NCBI RefSeq assembly: GCF_009914755.1
Contig: NC_060937.1
Strand: one strand, 5' to 3'
From: the human T2T-CHM13v2.0 reference genome, Homo sapiens
DNA length: 64,000 nucleotides
Shown: positions 41,913 through 56,819 of the stretch, piece by piece
Layout of the letters: every line of letters starts with the position of its first letter
Numbering within the stretch: the first letter of the stretch is position 1
Notes under the pieces: generated by a model
Database searches by the model: none
What the model saw: the letters and a program-made list of their open reading frames with translations, nothing else
What the model was told of the DNA's origin: nothing
Translations under genes and position numbers: made by a program

Positions 41913-43800
41913 GTAAACCACAAAGCTAACAATTCATGCACTTTCATGGAATTGTTCTCCCTCTCCACTCTTCCTCATGGTCTGTGGTGCTGGGCACTGA
42001 GCCTCTTCAATTTGTCTGTCATTATGACCAAGCGACATAACCCATTTCCATTCTTTCCCTAGGGTCATCAGGCTTTTCTTACAGTTCATGGGTCTACCTC
42101 TGTGGTAATGGGTCTTTGTGTGTCCTTTGTATACCTCTAAACATTTTACTTTTTTTTTTTTAACTTTGTAAAAAAAAAAAAAAAAAAAAAGGGAGATGCT
42201 CTTAAACACACACTTGTTTCCACTGGGTAACAGTAAGAAATGAGGAATTTCATTTAAGCCTTACTGCTTCCTACAAATTGCATAATATTAGATTACACCA
42301 ACATGCAATTGGCCAAGTTTTTAAAAACCTGACTTGTTTTTGGTTGTGGAAAACACTGTTAATAAAGAAGAGTTATTTTTGCTATGGGATGGTGGCTTTG
42401 GAGTGTTGATTTGACTGCTCTGTTGACTTTGAAGTAAATTCAAAGTAAATACATTTTGGTTGCATCTGAGAACAGGTGCGTTTTGAGATTCTCCGTGTTG
42501 GTGTAGTTGGGCAGGGCTGCCTCACAATGTGCTGTGCATGTGACATTTGCTCCCGTGTCACGTTTGCCTAATGCTCTGTCACATGAATGCCGTTCAAGCT
42601 CTGTTTTGCTACTAAGAACTTAAAAGTAATAGTCAACATTTGAGATGCAATGGTCAGAGGATATTGTGCTGTTGCCATCTAAAATGTTACTGTTTCTTAC
42701 TTTTAAGACTATTAACACGTTTACAAACGTGCCTTATAACACAGTACTTATTGGGTTTGTGTATTTTGTGTTAATCACCTAATATCATTCCTTTGGATTA
42801 AGGTCTCTTTTGGACCATAAACAGAAGTATCTTACCAGCTATGCAAGTCTATTTGTGTCAGTATCCTTAGTGTTTTTGATTTATATTTTAAAATAAAATT
42901 CCTGTTTTTCTATGGCTATTTAATTGAAACAGTATGATACTCCTTCCTAACACTGGCTAAAATAAAGCAATTTCTCTTCCTTCTCTGTTCTAATTTTCTC
43001 CCATTTTTCTTCAACAGGCTATTCTAGGGAAGAGTATTTTTCTAGGTCTCAAAGCAATTTTATTTAAAAAATTGTATGTGAAGAATTTATTTGACAGCTG
43101 AGGTTTCAAGAACATTTAAAAGTACTGTATGATAGTGTATTTTCTGAAGTTTTACTTTTTAAATAATCATTGTTCTATGTAAAGGTATACTTACATAGGT
43201 CCCCTAAGAATAAAAAGAATAAGACTGTACCCATAAGTTTACATATGAAGTTTGAATACGTGTGTTTCAAGCAATAGGAGTAGAAAAAGGAAATTGTTTC
43301 TTGAACATGTTTGTTGTGGTGACTTGCTTACGAAAGTGGCTCATTAGTAAGAAGGCTTGAAAAATGTGACTTGCAGCTGTCATGTTGTGAGTAGTGGCAA
43401 GTAAAAAATTGGGATTTGGTAGATGTTGTAACATTTGAAATTCTTTTTTTTTTTTTTTTTCCTGTTAGGCCAAACTATGAGATGCTGCCCAGTTTATTAA
43501 TAAAAGAACCCTGAAGCTTCTTCAGAAATATCCATTGATCCTACTCTAATACCTAGAGCTAGGGTTTATTTTGGCATCTGTATCTTCCTTTTACTAACTT
43601 TGAATTTGAAAGATGAGTAACAGATGGAACTGTTACACCTGGAGAAAAAAGGATTTACTGACTATTGTTTAAAAAAACATTGTCACTTAGTATACTGGCA
43701 TAGAGACAGCTAATGATAGAAGTTTCTGAAAGGAATTATTTCATAGAAATGAAGACTTATATTGTATATTTTTCTTCCTTGCCCATGTGCTGCAACACAG

Positions 43801-43826
43801 GAAGCTCTGATTCGGTGGTTCCTGAT
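43801..43826 (+). CDS. LMO7: LMO7 26-nt microexon (GSSDSVVPD)
   Basis: acacag|GA; GAT|gtaagt; phase 1/0, needed to keep the frame. Confidence 0.88.
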
Positions 43827-44106
43827 GTAAGTAGCATTCATTTGTCATTTGGAATAAGGTGAACTTGGTGGGACTGAATTAGTACACCGTAGCATGCTTA
43901 CCATGATTTTAGGTTGCATAAGAATTTATCAGAGAGTTATCCTTCCAAGTTGAAAAACTTATTTTAAAATTCAAAGCCAGCTCTCCCTTGGTACAGTTTA
44001 AGCAAACTGTGATATGAATAATTTATGTGTGCAAAAGTGGTTCAGTAGATGACTTAATGAAGTTATGTTGTTCTCTATTTGCATCTCTTCTCTGATAACT
44101 GGTTAG

Positions 44107-44211
44107 CTTCCAGTTCCAACCATCAGTGCCCCGAGTCGCTGGGTGTGGGATCAAGAGGAGGAGCGGAAGCGGCAGGAGAGGTGGCAGAAGGAGCAGGACC
44201 GCCTACTGCAG
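44107..44211 (+). CDS. LMO7: LMO7 exon (LPVPTISAPSRWVWDQEEERKRQERWQKEQDRLLQ)
   Basis: ggttag|CTT; CAG|gtagct; 105 nt, phase 0/0. Confidence 0.92.
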
Positions 44212-44824
44212 GTAGCTCTGGCTCACGTGGACGGGTAGAAACTAGGTTGGATTTCACGGCTTTTCTCCAGTCTGTCAACCAGTATTGAGAAACTAATTTT
44301 AAACGCAACAATCTCACAACTAACAAATATTTTTGCACACAGTACATTTTCCATAAAACAATTACTTTTCCATTTTGAAGATTTCCAGAGTCATCCTTTA
44401 AAAATCATTATTTATTAACCCCCATGTGTGTTTTTGTAGAGTATGAAGGGCACTCACTTAGGGGGTGTGAAGTGCACAGACTTTGTGATGACTTGGTTCC
44501 CATAAACTGTTTGCTGGGTCCATTGCAGAGTAATTCAGCCCCCGCTTACAGTTTGCTAGAGGCCTTAATGAATTAGAGCCATGGTAAAGGGTGGATGGGG
44601 GTTTAATTCTCAGTGTCTACCTTTTTACCCCAGTGCCTGCAGTTTTAATTCAATATATGCTCTTTTCTACTATAGGGACTAAAATCTGATTGGCTTATGA
44701 AAATAAATCATGGTCTTTAAAGGTTTGAGGTTGAAGGTTTAGAGATCATAAAAGTGTTAATAAAGAAGATTCCTAATGTGAAGAGTTAATCTATTGGATT
44801 AATATATGTCATATTTTCTTATAG

Positions 44825-44917
44825 GAAAAATATCAACGTGAGCAGGAGAAACTGAGGGAAGAGTGGCAAAGGGCCAAACAGGAGGCAGAGAGAGAGAATT
44901 CCAAGTACTTGGATGAG
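44825..44917 (+). CDS. LMO7: LMO7 exon, coiled coil (EKYQREQEKLREEWQRAKQEAERENSKYLDE)
   Basis: ttatag|GAA; GAG|gtagtg; 93 nt, phase 0/0. Confidence 0.93.
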
Positions 44918-45343
44918 GTAGTGTTAGAACATGCCTGTTTAGTTTTTCTTCTCTTTACCTTGTTGGTGAGATTAGCTGAGAATCAGGAGACACTTCATTT
45001 TTCTCCACCTTTGACCATATGTTCACCTGTGTAGCTCTTTGAAAAATACAATGAGCTCTGATTTGTTAGAATTTTGCTTGGATGTTGCAGCCTTTCTCCT
45101 AGTTTTTATAGTACATCATTAACAAATTATGTTAATAGAACTTCAGTGCATCTTCCTCTTCTGAGTTACATCTCAGTCACTCATGTGTAGCTTCTTTAGT
45201 GGTAAAAACTCTTAACATGTTTTTTGAGTGGAGTCCTGGGCCAACTATAGTTAGTAGCATCTAAAACTGAATATATATGTGTCTATATGAAATTACGGAA
45301 ATAAACAGATTTAGATGGATTTCTTTTTTCACTGGTCACCTAG

Positions 45344-45699
45344 GAACTGATGGTCCTAAGCTCAAACAGCATGTCTCTGACCACACGGGAGCCCTCTCTT
45401 GCCACCTGGGAAGCTACCTGGAGTGAAGGGTCCAAGTCTTCAGACAGAGAAGGAACCCGAGCAGGAGAAGAGGAGAGGAGACAGCCACAAGAGGAAGTTG
45501 TTCATGAGGACCAAGGAAAGAAGCCGCAGGATCAGCTTGTTATTGAGAGAGAGAGGAAATGGGAGCAACAGCTTCAGGAAGAGCAAGAGCAAAAGCGGCT
45601 TCAGGCTGAGGCTGAGGAGCAGAAGCGTCCTGCGGAGGAGCAGAAGCGCCAGGCAGAGATAGAGCGGGAAACATCAGTCAGAATATACCAGTACAGGAG
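45344..45699 (+). CDS. LMO7: LMO7 exon (ELMVLSSNS...RIYQYR)
   Basis: acctag|GAA; GAG|gtatgt; 356 nt, phase 0/2. Confidence 0.93.
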
Positions 45700-45789
45700 G
45701 TATGTCCCCACAGCCAGAGGGTACAAAGGCTTAGCTGTATCCATTCCCCACTTCAAAGGCACCCGCTTGCTCTTCCTGTTTCCTACCAC

Positions 45790-46368
45790 CCATTCTCCAC
45801 ACAAGTGAATACAAGCCACCAAAGAGAACCTTTAAATCATAAACCCTGCCATGTCATCTTGCTTCACCACCCATAACACTCCAAGTCACTTCCTGTCACA
45901 TCAGAACCCCATCCAGCATCCTTGCCAAGGCCTAGAAGGCTGCCATGAGCTACATTACCTTGTAGTACCTCTACTCTTCCCCTTACTCACTCTGTTCCAG
46001 CCCCATTGGCCTCCTGTTTCTTCCTTGAAAATACCCAAGGACTTTTGTATTTTCTAGTTCATCTGCTTGGAGAAGTCATCAAATGTTTGTGTGTCTTGTG
46101 TTCTCATTTTCTTCTAGTTTCTGCTCAAACATCACCTCCTTAGACTTTTCTAGAATACCTGATTTAAAATACAGGCCCCTTCTCACTCTTTCTCTCTGTA
46201 TACTCTTATTTTATATTGTGCATTTATTTGTTTATCTGTTAGCCTGCCTGCTGCAGTAAGATGTAAGTGCTATAAAGTCAGTAAGTTTGTTTTGTGTACT
46301 CCTATAGCCCATTCTTAGAGTGGTACTGGAATATGGTGGGGACTCAGTATGTATTTGTAGAATGAATG
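45790..46368 (+). mobile_element. L2 3' remnant
   Basis: ctctgttccagccccattggcctcc...gtatttgtagaatgaatg L2 tail. Confidence 0.65.
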
Positions 46369-46566
46369 GCTTGCAAATGTCTGTTGGCAATAGTGGGTCT
46401 ATTTTCTGTGGTTATTCATTGAAATACCTTTGTATGTTTAGTTTTTAACCCAAAGACCATTTGCATAAAGAGGCTAGAATGACATTATTTTGATACCCTT
46501 TTCTTAAACTCAGGGAAGGGCTTAAAGTCTAATATTTTGACAACAAAATCTTTTTCTATCTTTTAG

Positions 46567-46632
46567 GCCTGTTGATTCCTATGATATACCAAAGACAGAA
46601 GAAGCATCTTCAGGTTTTCTTCCTGGTGACAG
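46567..46632 (+). CDS. LMO7: LMO7 exon (PVDSYDIPKTEEASSGFLPGD)
   Basis: ttttag|G; CAG|gtatgt; 66 nt, phase 2/2. Confidence 0.9.
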
Positions 46633-46770
46633 GTATGTAGAGCATGTTATTGTAATTTAATTGATGATAATGGCTTCAGACAATATTCCAGAGCTTGCAT
46701 CGATGATTTGTAGAACTACTTTAGCCCTTTGTCATTTGTGGGGTATAAAGAGGAATTGCTGGTTGATCTT

Positions 46771-47212
46771 TGTATCAGTTAGCTTTTGCTGTGTAACAAC
46801 TATTCGTGAACTTAATGAATTAGCTTATGATTTTATGGTCAGCATGTTAGGCTGATCTCCCTTGGGCAGCCTTTTAGTTGACTGGGCTTGCTCATATATC
46901 TGCTACCTATTAACTAGGCAGCTCTGCTTTTGGGGGTTGGCTGGCTGTCAGCTGGGGCTGTGAGAACAACTGGGTCATGTGCCTTTTGATATCCGCTGAG
47001 CCAGGAAGGTCTTATGTATACGTGGTGGTGAGGCAGGGGAAAGAGAATTAAAGAGAGGAAATCTGCAAGGCATCTTGAGGTTTAAGTTGTCTAAAGTCAC
47101 AGTCACAGGTCGTGGAGAAGAGAAGAACACTGCCTCTTTATGGTAGGAATCACATTGCAAGGGGAATGGACACGGCCGGGAAAGAACTGTGTCAATTTTC
47201 TGTAATCCAACA
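46771..47212. mobile_element. MLT1-type MaLR LTR remnant
   Basis: tgtatcagttagcttttgctgtgtaacaa start; cacattgcaaggggaatggacac motif. Confidence 0.55.
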
Positions 47213-47958
47213 TAATCTTCATTTTAAAAAGGTTATGAATAATGGCTTCACATTACTCCCCAAAGGGTTATGTATGGACATCTGAAATGGGAATGGTGAC
47301 ATTTCTCTGAGGCAGTTTGGTTAGAACTACTGGTCAGTTTTGGGGAATAAAGATAAAATTTCAGATATCTGGAAAGTTACATGTATCTTAAAATTTCCTA
47401 AAACATTGTTTTAATGTTTTAAAGCAATTTTTAAAATGCTTTGCAGTTTTGAAATCACTAAGGACTTCTAAACAGTCTGTCAAACAAATATTGAGGGTAG
47501 GGCCATTACCTTGTGTTTTCAGAGCTGAAATTTCTCCTTTTGTCTTACTTATTAGATATAAGGAAAGACTTGTATCTACAAGCAGCCGGGATGACTGAAT
47601 AGGGCTCAGAATAAAAGGGGAAAAGGAAAGGGACAAGCAGGTAGTAATGGGCTGACAATAAGCTAAAGAAAAATCTAGTGATAGATGACCTTGTTTATAA
47701 TCTTTCTGGGTAACTGTAAATCATTAAAATGTTTATCTCCTTTTAAAAGTTATGGATTTACTTACATATTTACAAAAACTTTATTTATATAGCTCATGAC
47801 CTTGGGGAAAATAATTAAAATGCAGAGAAAGGAAACTTAAGGAAGCCTGGAAAATATGAATACCTGCAGGCAGTCCAGATAAAGCATGCCCTAGAGGCAT
47901 CAAGGAGTGTGGCTAGACATCTGGTAATAAGTGTTTTCTTCTATGTTGATACAAGTGA

Positions 47959-48424
<466 letters not shown>

Positions 48425-49042
48425 ACCACTATTATTTTCAAAGTTCAGTGTGTCTAGCAGAATGGGAATGAGATTAGCATGTGTTGATTTATACACCTAC
48501 ATTTTATTGGTACAAACTTAAGGCGTTTCCAGAAGTTGACTGTGCTGTATGCTTTAGTACCTCTTTGGAACACTAAGATGGCATTTGGTAAATTAATGTT
48601 CCACAGTAGTCAGTGGCACTCTAATGCCCAAGAAGTTGACATGATAACCCTGGGGAGTGTGGGGGAAGTGGGACAGTCTGACTGTAGGTGATCTGATGGC
48701 AGATGGTTTGTAAGCCTGGTAGGACTGAGATCTGGACCAGGGTGAACATCGACAACAATTGATCAATAACTTATAGTCTTCATCATCATACAAACTGGAG
48801 AAGTACTGTCACGTGTTTGTATCTATTTCCAGCATTTCACTCTTCTCTTTTTTAAGGATGTCAAGGTTTTCTGTGAGTTTGTGAAAGATGAAAAATTTCT
48901 TGGTTTAAACATAATTGCTCTCAGCAGACACAGAAAATAAATCAACTGCTTTAAAAAGCAATCTCTTCGGTGTTTTTACTTCATAAATATAAAGGAGGTT
49001 ATTTAATGAGACATATTTAATATATTGTGTTCTGTGTTTTAG

Positions 49043-49095
49043 GAATAAATCCAGATCTACTACTGAACTGGATGATTACTCCACAAATAAAAATG
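49043..49095 (+). CDS. LMO7: LMO7 exon (NKSRSTTELDDYSTNKN)
   Basis: ttttag|G; ATG|gtaaat; 53 nt, phase 2/1. Confidence 0.9.
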
Positions 49096-50509
49096 GTAAA
49101 TGCGATATTTTCCCCCAAACTCCTTCAGAGTTGCTTATTTGTGGTATCATGTTATGAGAAGTATTTTTAAGGTCAAGATATTTCAGATTCATTAAGATTA
49201 CTTAATTAAAATACTTAGTATTTTAACCTCTGTATATAAAAACAGCAAAACAACTATCTTGTGTTTACTTTTGGCTTTATTTTATATTGAAAAATACTGG
49301 GAGATTAAAATGGTTTTAAATTGCTAATGAAATATGTGGGAATTTTGCAAAGCGATGCTGATGCAGCTATGTATAGTAGATTTTATCTTGCAGCTGAAGA
49401 AATAGTACAGAAAAGATGTCTACGAAATACTGGAGGACTTAAAAATTGCATACTAATTCGAATTATACATGTAAATGCCAAAATGTCAAAAAATCAAAAA
49501 TTATGACTTCAGTAATTGTGCAGAAACAATTTGGACTTGACATTGTCAGTATAAAATATGTTTCTGAAGAATGCATATAGCAGAAATTATGTAACTATGA
49601 AAAAAAACCCTAAGCGGTAATTACCATTTTAAGCAGGGTTTGCATATCAGGATTTGCATAAGCAGGCGGCTGGTCATTTACATGAATGAATGAAGGTCCA
49701 GGTAGGGCTGAGGTCAACATGCCCATCATGTTGGATAGCCACTGCCCAGCTCCAGCCTATCATTGCCATGCTGGAGAAGGCAACCCTCTGCCTACTCTTC
49801 CTGTTGTAACAGAAAAGTTAAAAAAAAAAAAAATCTGTTTTCATGTGTTATCTTTCATGTGCTGACAAGAGATTTTTTTAAAAAACTAAAATGCCCTGTG
49901 AGCAAAACAACCTATCTACAGGCCAGATAGTCTGGTGGCAGCTAGTTTAACCTCTCATTAAAGCTTATAGAACTTACAGTTTTTATTGGGATTCACAGTT
50001 CTATGATTATCCCTTTCTTTGAGCAGTTAGGACCTTTGTTATCTGGTTCTAGTTTAACTTTCCAGCTGATCTTGCTATTTTTCTGTTAATGGGTCCGTAA
50101 CTATAACCACATTATTATCTTTCTCAGTTCCCAATTTATCACGTACTTTTCTGATCTGGTTCCTCTGGTCTTACCTTTCCCTATTTGTATTTTCCATTTC
50201 TTCTCCCCTGAACTTGCCTTTAGCCACCATTAAAATTATAGTTTTAAGTACTTCAGTATTCCATGAAATATTTTTAACCTGCAGCGATTATATTATCTCT
50301 CCTGAACATAAACACAAGACCTGTCAGTAACTGCAACTGTGAATCTCCGGAATAATCTTGTTAATATTTGTGGCTTGTGTCATTAATTGGATTATTTTGT
50401 ATATATGTTTTCCCCCCTTTATTAACTCATTGCAAGCTCTTGGATAGCAGGCAGTGGAAGTTATTAAATATTTGATTTAAAAACTTGGTTATACCAAAAT
50501 GACACTTTA

Positions 50510-50852
<343 letters not shown>

Positions 50853-51769
50853 TCATTGCTTAGTGGAAGATGAACCAAGGCATAGACAAACAATAAATTT
50901 TGAAAGAATGGCAGTAGCAATAAATGTAGAGAAAGAAAATAAATCCTTAGATGCAATTTCCTAATCCAGATTAAGGTGGGAATGATACGTCAAAGTTGTG
51001 GGTGTTTTACCCCAATCAGAAACTAATCGCCAAATCCAAGAGACAGAGTCCTCACGATAAAACCTGACTTAATTGTCATGAATAAATTCAACATTCAAAT
51101 TATAGTTCTGTCAGCTTCTTAGAGTAGAAGCAAGTCTAGTAACATTTATGGATGATTATTTGGATTGCTTGAATATTTTTCCTGTTCACAAAAGCCATTT
51201 CCATGATTGAGTGTGCTCTTACTCTTACAATTTTGGTTGTCACTTATACCATGCACACTTGGGTCATGTCAGCCAGAGATATGTGCGTTTATGTCCTCTC
51301 TCCCCAGGGAGAGTATATATTTTTTGAGAGAAGAAAACTCCCTGTTTCCTTTTAGAGTTGTTACAGCAAGCATTTGAGCATGTTCTTGATTGATTTAATT
51401 TAGGAAAGGAAGAGTGGAAGAAAAACTATGTCTAGATGAGCACTTTGTAACTGAGTAATACTGAAACCAGTACTGATTGTTGCCTTTTTGGGCAGCCTTT
51501 TTCATTTTCCCAAGTGTGTTCTGTGGTGTGGCTCTGGCTGTGGAACTGGACTTTCTGGAGTAGGAGACAGTTACTTTATGTTCTCATGCAGCACCCTCAC
51601 TGAGAATTGATAATGTTAGCACACGTGCACAATGCCACATTTTAAGCTGCACTGCCATGGGCGATTTATCCAGTCACTATTTATTTATTTATTGAGGCTG
51701 CAATTTCAAATACACTTTATTTATTTGTTACATCAACTCCATCTCTCCTCTGTCATTTTGTATTTGTAT

Positions 51770-52145
51770 TTTTTATTTTTAAATTTTTTTATTTCCATAG
51801 GTTTTTGGGGAACAGGTGGTATTTGGTTACATGAGTAAGTTCTTTAGTGGTGATTTGTGAGATTTTGGTGCACCCATCTCTCGAGAAGTATACACTGAGC
51901 TGAATTTGTAGTCTTTTGTCCCTCACCCCCTTCCCACCCTTTCCTGCTGAGTCCACAAAGTCCATTGTGTCATTTTTATGCTTTTGCATCCTCATAGCCT
52001 AGTTCCCACTTACAAGTGAGAACATACGATGTTTGGTTTTCCATTCCTGAGTTACTTCACTTAGAATAATTGTCTCCAATCTCATCCAGGTTGCTGCAAA
52101 TGCCATTAATTCATTCCTTTTTATGGCTGAGTAGTATTCCATGCG

Positions 52146-52197
<52 letters not shown>

Positions 52198-52742
52198 ACT
52201 ATCTCACATTCTCTTTATCCACTCATTGATTGATGGGCATTTGGGTTGGTTCCACATTTTTGCATTGCGAATTGTGCTGCTATAAACATGAGTGAGCAAA
52301 TATCTTTTTCATATAATGGCATCTTTTCCTCCTGGGTGGATACCCAGTATATATATATATATCATGTTCTCTATCCATTCATTGATTGATGGGCATTTGG
52401 GTTGGTTCCACATTTTTGCCTTGCAAATTGTGCTGCTATAAACATGGGTGAGCAAGTATCTTTTTCATATAATGACATCTTTTCCTCCTGGGTGGATACC
52501 CAGTGGTGGGATTGCTGGATCAAATGGTAGACCTACTTATAGTTCTTTCAGGAAGCTACACACTGATTTCCATAGTGGTTGTACTAGTTTACATTCCCAC
52601 CAGCAGCGTAGGAGTGCTCCCTTTTCCCTGCATTCACACCAACGTCTATTATTTTTTGAGTTGTTGATTATGGCCATTCTTGCAGGAGTAAGGTGGTATC
52701 ACATTATGGTTTTGATTTGCATTTCCCTGATCACTAGTGATG
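51770..52742 (-). mobile_element. L1 (L1PB-like) 3' end with internal duplication
   Basis: Antisense L1 3' UTR/ORF2-end motifs (gtgagaacatacgatgtttggttttcc, gggattgctggatcaaatgg). Confidence 0.88.
52148..52196. repeat. (TATC)12 tetranucleotide microsatellite
   Basis: Direct reading. Confidence 0.95.
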
Positions 52743-52806
52743 TCAATCATCACTGTCACTTTTAAAAGGTACTAATCCCAAAGCTTTTGATTTGTTTTTA
52801 ATTTAG

Positions 52807-53020
52807 GAAACAATAAATATTTAGACCAAATTGGGAACATGACCTCTTCACAGAGGAGATCCAAGAAAGAACAAGTACCATCAGGAGCAGAATTGGAGAG
52901 GCAACAAATCCTTCAGGAAATGAGGAAGAGAACACCCCTTCACAATGACAACAGCTGGATCCGACAGCGCAGTGCCAGTGTCAACAAAGAGCCTGTTAGT
53001 CTTCCTGGGATCATGAGAAG
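52807..53020 (+). CDS. LMO7: LMO7 exon (GNNKYLDQIGNMTSSQRR...SWIRQRSASVNKEPVSLPGIMR)
   Basis: atttag|GA; AAG|gtgcga; 214 nt, phase 1/2. Confidence 0.94.
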
Positions 53021-53679
53021 GTGCGAGACATCTTAGGAATTGGTTTCTTGTCTTTACTGTGAGGCAGATATTTAATTTGTAGACATCCTGGTGCTTTGGA
53101 CAGAAGAGATGAAAGGAACATAGAGCGAACGCTCTGGGCACTATTATGTGTCAGTTTACATGACCACATCTAATCTGAGGAAAACATATTGAGGTAGGGA
53201 TAATAATTCTGGCTGTTTTTTTTTTTTCTTTTTTTTTTACTATGAGGGAACTTTGACTCAAGCAGGCAAGACGCTGACAAAATCACATGGTTAATAGATT
53301 GCAAATCTGGATGGGGCATTCTGAAGTGAGGTTCAGATGCTTAAATAATGCACAGTGCTCTTAGAACTTTCTTGGCTGCTGAACTTCAACAAATAGAAGT
53401 TTCATATTTTTATATTTCTAATGAGATAATGATTAGATTGGAATCTTGATAATTGGATTCACAAAGTGATAAACCTAATTTTTATAACTTTAAGGAGATA
53501 AAGGTATAGATATTAATTGGAAATGAGTGCAGGAACATTTTAAAAGATGTATCTTGGGTAAATGAATGCAGCTACTCTGATTCAGTATTTTCTTATCTGA
53601 CAGACTGGGGAATTTATTTGTAACATATCACAGAGAAAGAGCTAATTATGTCAATATATTAATAACTTTGTAAAAATCA

Positions 53680-53991
<312 letters not shown>

Positions 53992-54451
53992 TTAAATTTA
54001 ATATTGACAATTGTATATGGAAATAGGAGTTCTTCTTTCCACTTGGTTGGACAGTTTTTCAGTATGTATTAAGCAAAAGTTTATATATCTGACCCTCTGA
54101 GCAATGTAGTTTCTAGCACTCTATCTTCTGGATATATTTGGATAAATATGCAAAGGTACATTCAAGGATGTACACTTACACATTATTCATTAATGGCAAA
54201 AGAAAAGAAAATCACAATGTCTGCTAGTAAGGAGATACTCAGTAGTTATTCAATAAACAGTGGCATACTGATCAGACAGAACACTATATGACTATTGAAG
54301 AATGAAAGAAAAGTGTTGCTACATAATATGCCACCTCCAAATTTAGTGAGTTAAGACAGTAACTCACAATCTCTCACAGTCCTGAAGATTGACTGGGCAG
54401 TTATTTGCATGATGTTGGCTGGGACACTTGAGCAGCTGTAATCATTTACAG

Positions 54452-54630
54452 TAGGGATTGGTAAGCTTTTATGTATAAGGACTAGAGAGTAAATAATTTA
54501 GGGTTTACAGGCCACATAGGTTTCTGCCACACATTCTTTTTTTTTTTTAAGACTCTTTGAAAATGTGAAAAAAGTCTCAGCTCGTGAGCTGTGTCTATCT
54601 TGGCAGTAGGCTGTAATTTGCTGTCCCCTG
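54452..54630. mobile_element. MER58-like hAT element nested in an MLT1-like LTR (~54313-54940)
   Basis: agggattggtaagc...ttgctgtcccctg degenerate TIRs; gtaaataatttagggtttacaggcca motif. Confidence 0.6.
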
Positions 54631-55983
54631 TAGCTGTAGAGGCTTCACTGAGAGCTTGGCCAGAGCTACTAGTTGAGGGGCCTGTGTTCTGCATATGGGC
54701 CTCTCCACATAGTTTTTTGGGCTACCCCATGGCATGGGACCTGGGTTCAAAGAGGAAAATCTCGCACCATGGCAATGCCTAATAAGCAAGTGCTTATCAA
54801 GCTGCCATGTGCATCATGTTTGCTGATGCCCCATTGGCCAAATTAGTCATGTGACTCACCCCAGAGTCAGTGGGAGGGGACTACACAAGGGCGTGGATAC
54901 CAAAAGGCATGGTTCACTGGAGGCCACTGAAGTACAGTCTTATCATATGAGCAGAATGACGATAGTTCTAAGATAATACATATTAAATGGAAAAGAAGTT
55001 ATTGAAAACTGTGTTGTGGAATAATCCATTTGTTTAAGACTGTTAAACACAAGCACATTGCATATGTATATAGACACATCTATACTTACATATGTAAATT
55101 TGTATGTATGTGTAAATATGTGCTTGCATATGTGAGAAAAGGTCTGGAAGGACACACAAGTAATGGTGGATACCTCTGCGGGTTAGGGCAGGTGAGTCGT
55201 GAGACAGGAAGGACTTTTCTTCTCCCTCAGATGCCTTTCTCTGCAGCTTCAGTCTTTCTCCTTATGATAATGTATCACTTTTATAATGTTAAAATTTAAA
55301 AGAAAAATTTCAAGCTTGGGATAAGATAAAGTTTTGAAAGCAATAAAAATAAATGTGACTAGGTAGATGAATTCTCATAATTTTGAGTTCATTTTTGTAG
55401 GTAGTACTAATGTTAGTACATGAATTTTAAGAGAGATTTTGCAAAAGTTGTATTTAAATCTATTTGGGAGCTAAATCTGATTTTAAAAGAATATGTACTT
55501 TAAGGGAAGTGGCTGATAAATGCTTTTATAATGTGGACATTAAACAGTTGCTAAATTTAGGGATTCAGGTGCTACATAAATGAGACCTTCACAGGAGGCA
55601 TGGTCTGGGTTGTTTTAGAGGACTTGGGTTTGAAAGCCAGTGCCACCATTGACTGGCTTTTCCTATGACAAACTCACTTCTGTAAGATTAAAAAAAAAAT
55701 CTTAGTGTTATGAAGATTCAATAAGTTTAATATTTTTGTGAAGGTATCTAACCTAATGCTTGTGATATTTAAGCTCTTAAAATGTATTTCTTTGAATTTT
55801 TAAAAGGCTTTATATTTGCTATGTCTAAACTGTTGAAGATTTAAAGGATAAGTATCAATCTTCTTAGACTTAGTAGAGTATTAGCTCTTATTTTAAAAAT
55901 ATTTTTCTTAGTGTATTTCTTCTGTGGTTGGTATTTATTGTTTTACCTAAGCACTGAGTAAATAAAAATAAAAATAAACAAAG

Positions 55984-56250
55984 GTGTTCTCACTTGTAAG
56001 CGGGAGCTAAACATTGAGTACATATGGATACAACGAAGGAAACAGTAGACACCCATGGCCAACTTGAGGGTGGAGTGTGGGAGGTTGAGGATCGAAAAAC
56101 TACCTCTCTGGCAGTCCACATATTACCTGGGTGATGAAATAATCTGTACACCAAACCACCATGACATTCACTTGACCCATGTAACAAACCTGCACGTGTA
56201 TCCCCTAAACCTAAAATAAAAGTTGGAAAGAAAACAGATTAAAAAAAAGA
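55984..56250 (+). mobile_element. L1 (L1PA/L1PB) extreme 3' end
   Basis: tgttctcacttgtaag...gtaacaaacctgcacgtgtatcccctaaacctaaaataaa plus A tail. Confidence 0.88.
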
Positions 56251-56320
56251 AGGTTGATTGACTATGAAACATGATGCCACTGATGATGAAGATCAACTTT
56301 ACTTGTTAAAGGTAATTTTA

Positions 56321-56682
56321 CAGGTGGTTCTCAACTTTCAGTGGTTCGACTTAAGATTTTTGACTTTACAGTGATGTGAAAGTGATAAGCCTTTGTGGAA
56401 ACTGTACTTTGAGTACCTGTATGACCAGTCTGTTGTTGACTTCCAGTACGGTATTCAGTAAATTGTATACTTGACACTTTGTTGTAAAATAGGCTTTGTG
56501 TTGCTTGATTTTGCCCAACTGTAGGCTAAGGTAAGTGTTCTGAGCATGATTGAGGTGGATTAGGCTTAGTTACAATGTATGGTAGTTTAGGTGAAGTAAA
56601 AGTATTTTTGACTTACAGTATTTTCAACTTATGATGGGTTTATTGAGACATAACCCCATCATCATACATCAAGGAACATCTG
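56321..56682 (-). mobile_element. MER47A/Tigger5-like TcMar element
   Basis: TA-flanked cagg...catctg termini; gacttaagattttttgacttta and ttcaacttatgatgggtttat motifs. Confidence 0.7.
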
Positions 56683-56819
56683 TATATGTAACTAGAATAC
56701 TTAGATTAATATCCACATATAAAATATAAAAATGGATTTTTAATGAATGGAATGATGAATTAAATAGATTTCTAGTTGAACATGTCACATTATTTTGATG
56801 AGTCTTTTTTGTGTTTCAG

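Noticed and set aside
42435-42481. Possible microexon ending CAG|gtgcgt in a CpG-retaining intronic block
   Set aside because: The best acceptor (42434) gives an in-frame TAA; the frame-preserving acceptor (42445) has no pyrimidine tract
52448-52765. 105-aa ORF
   Set aside because: An antisense reading of L1 ORF2-end sequence
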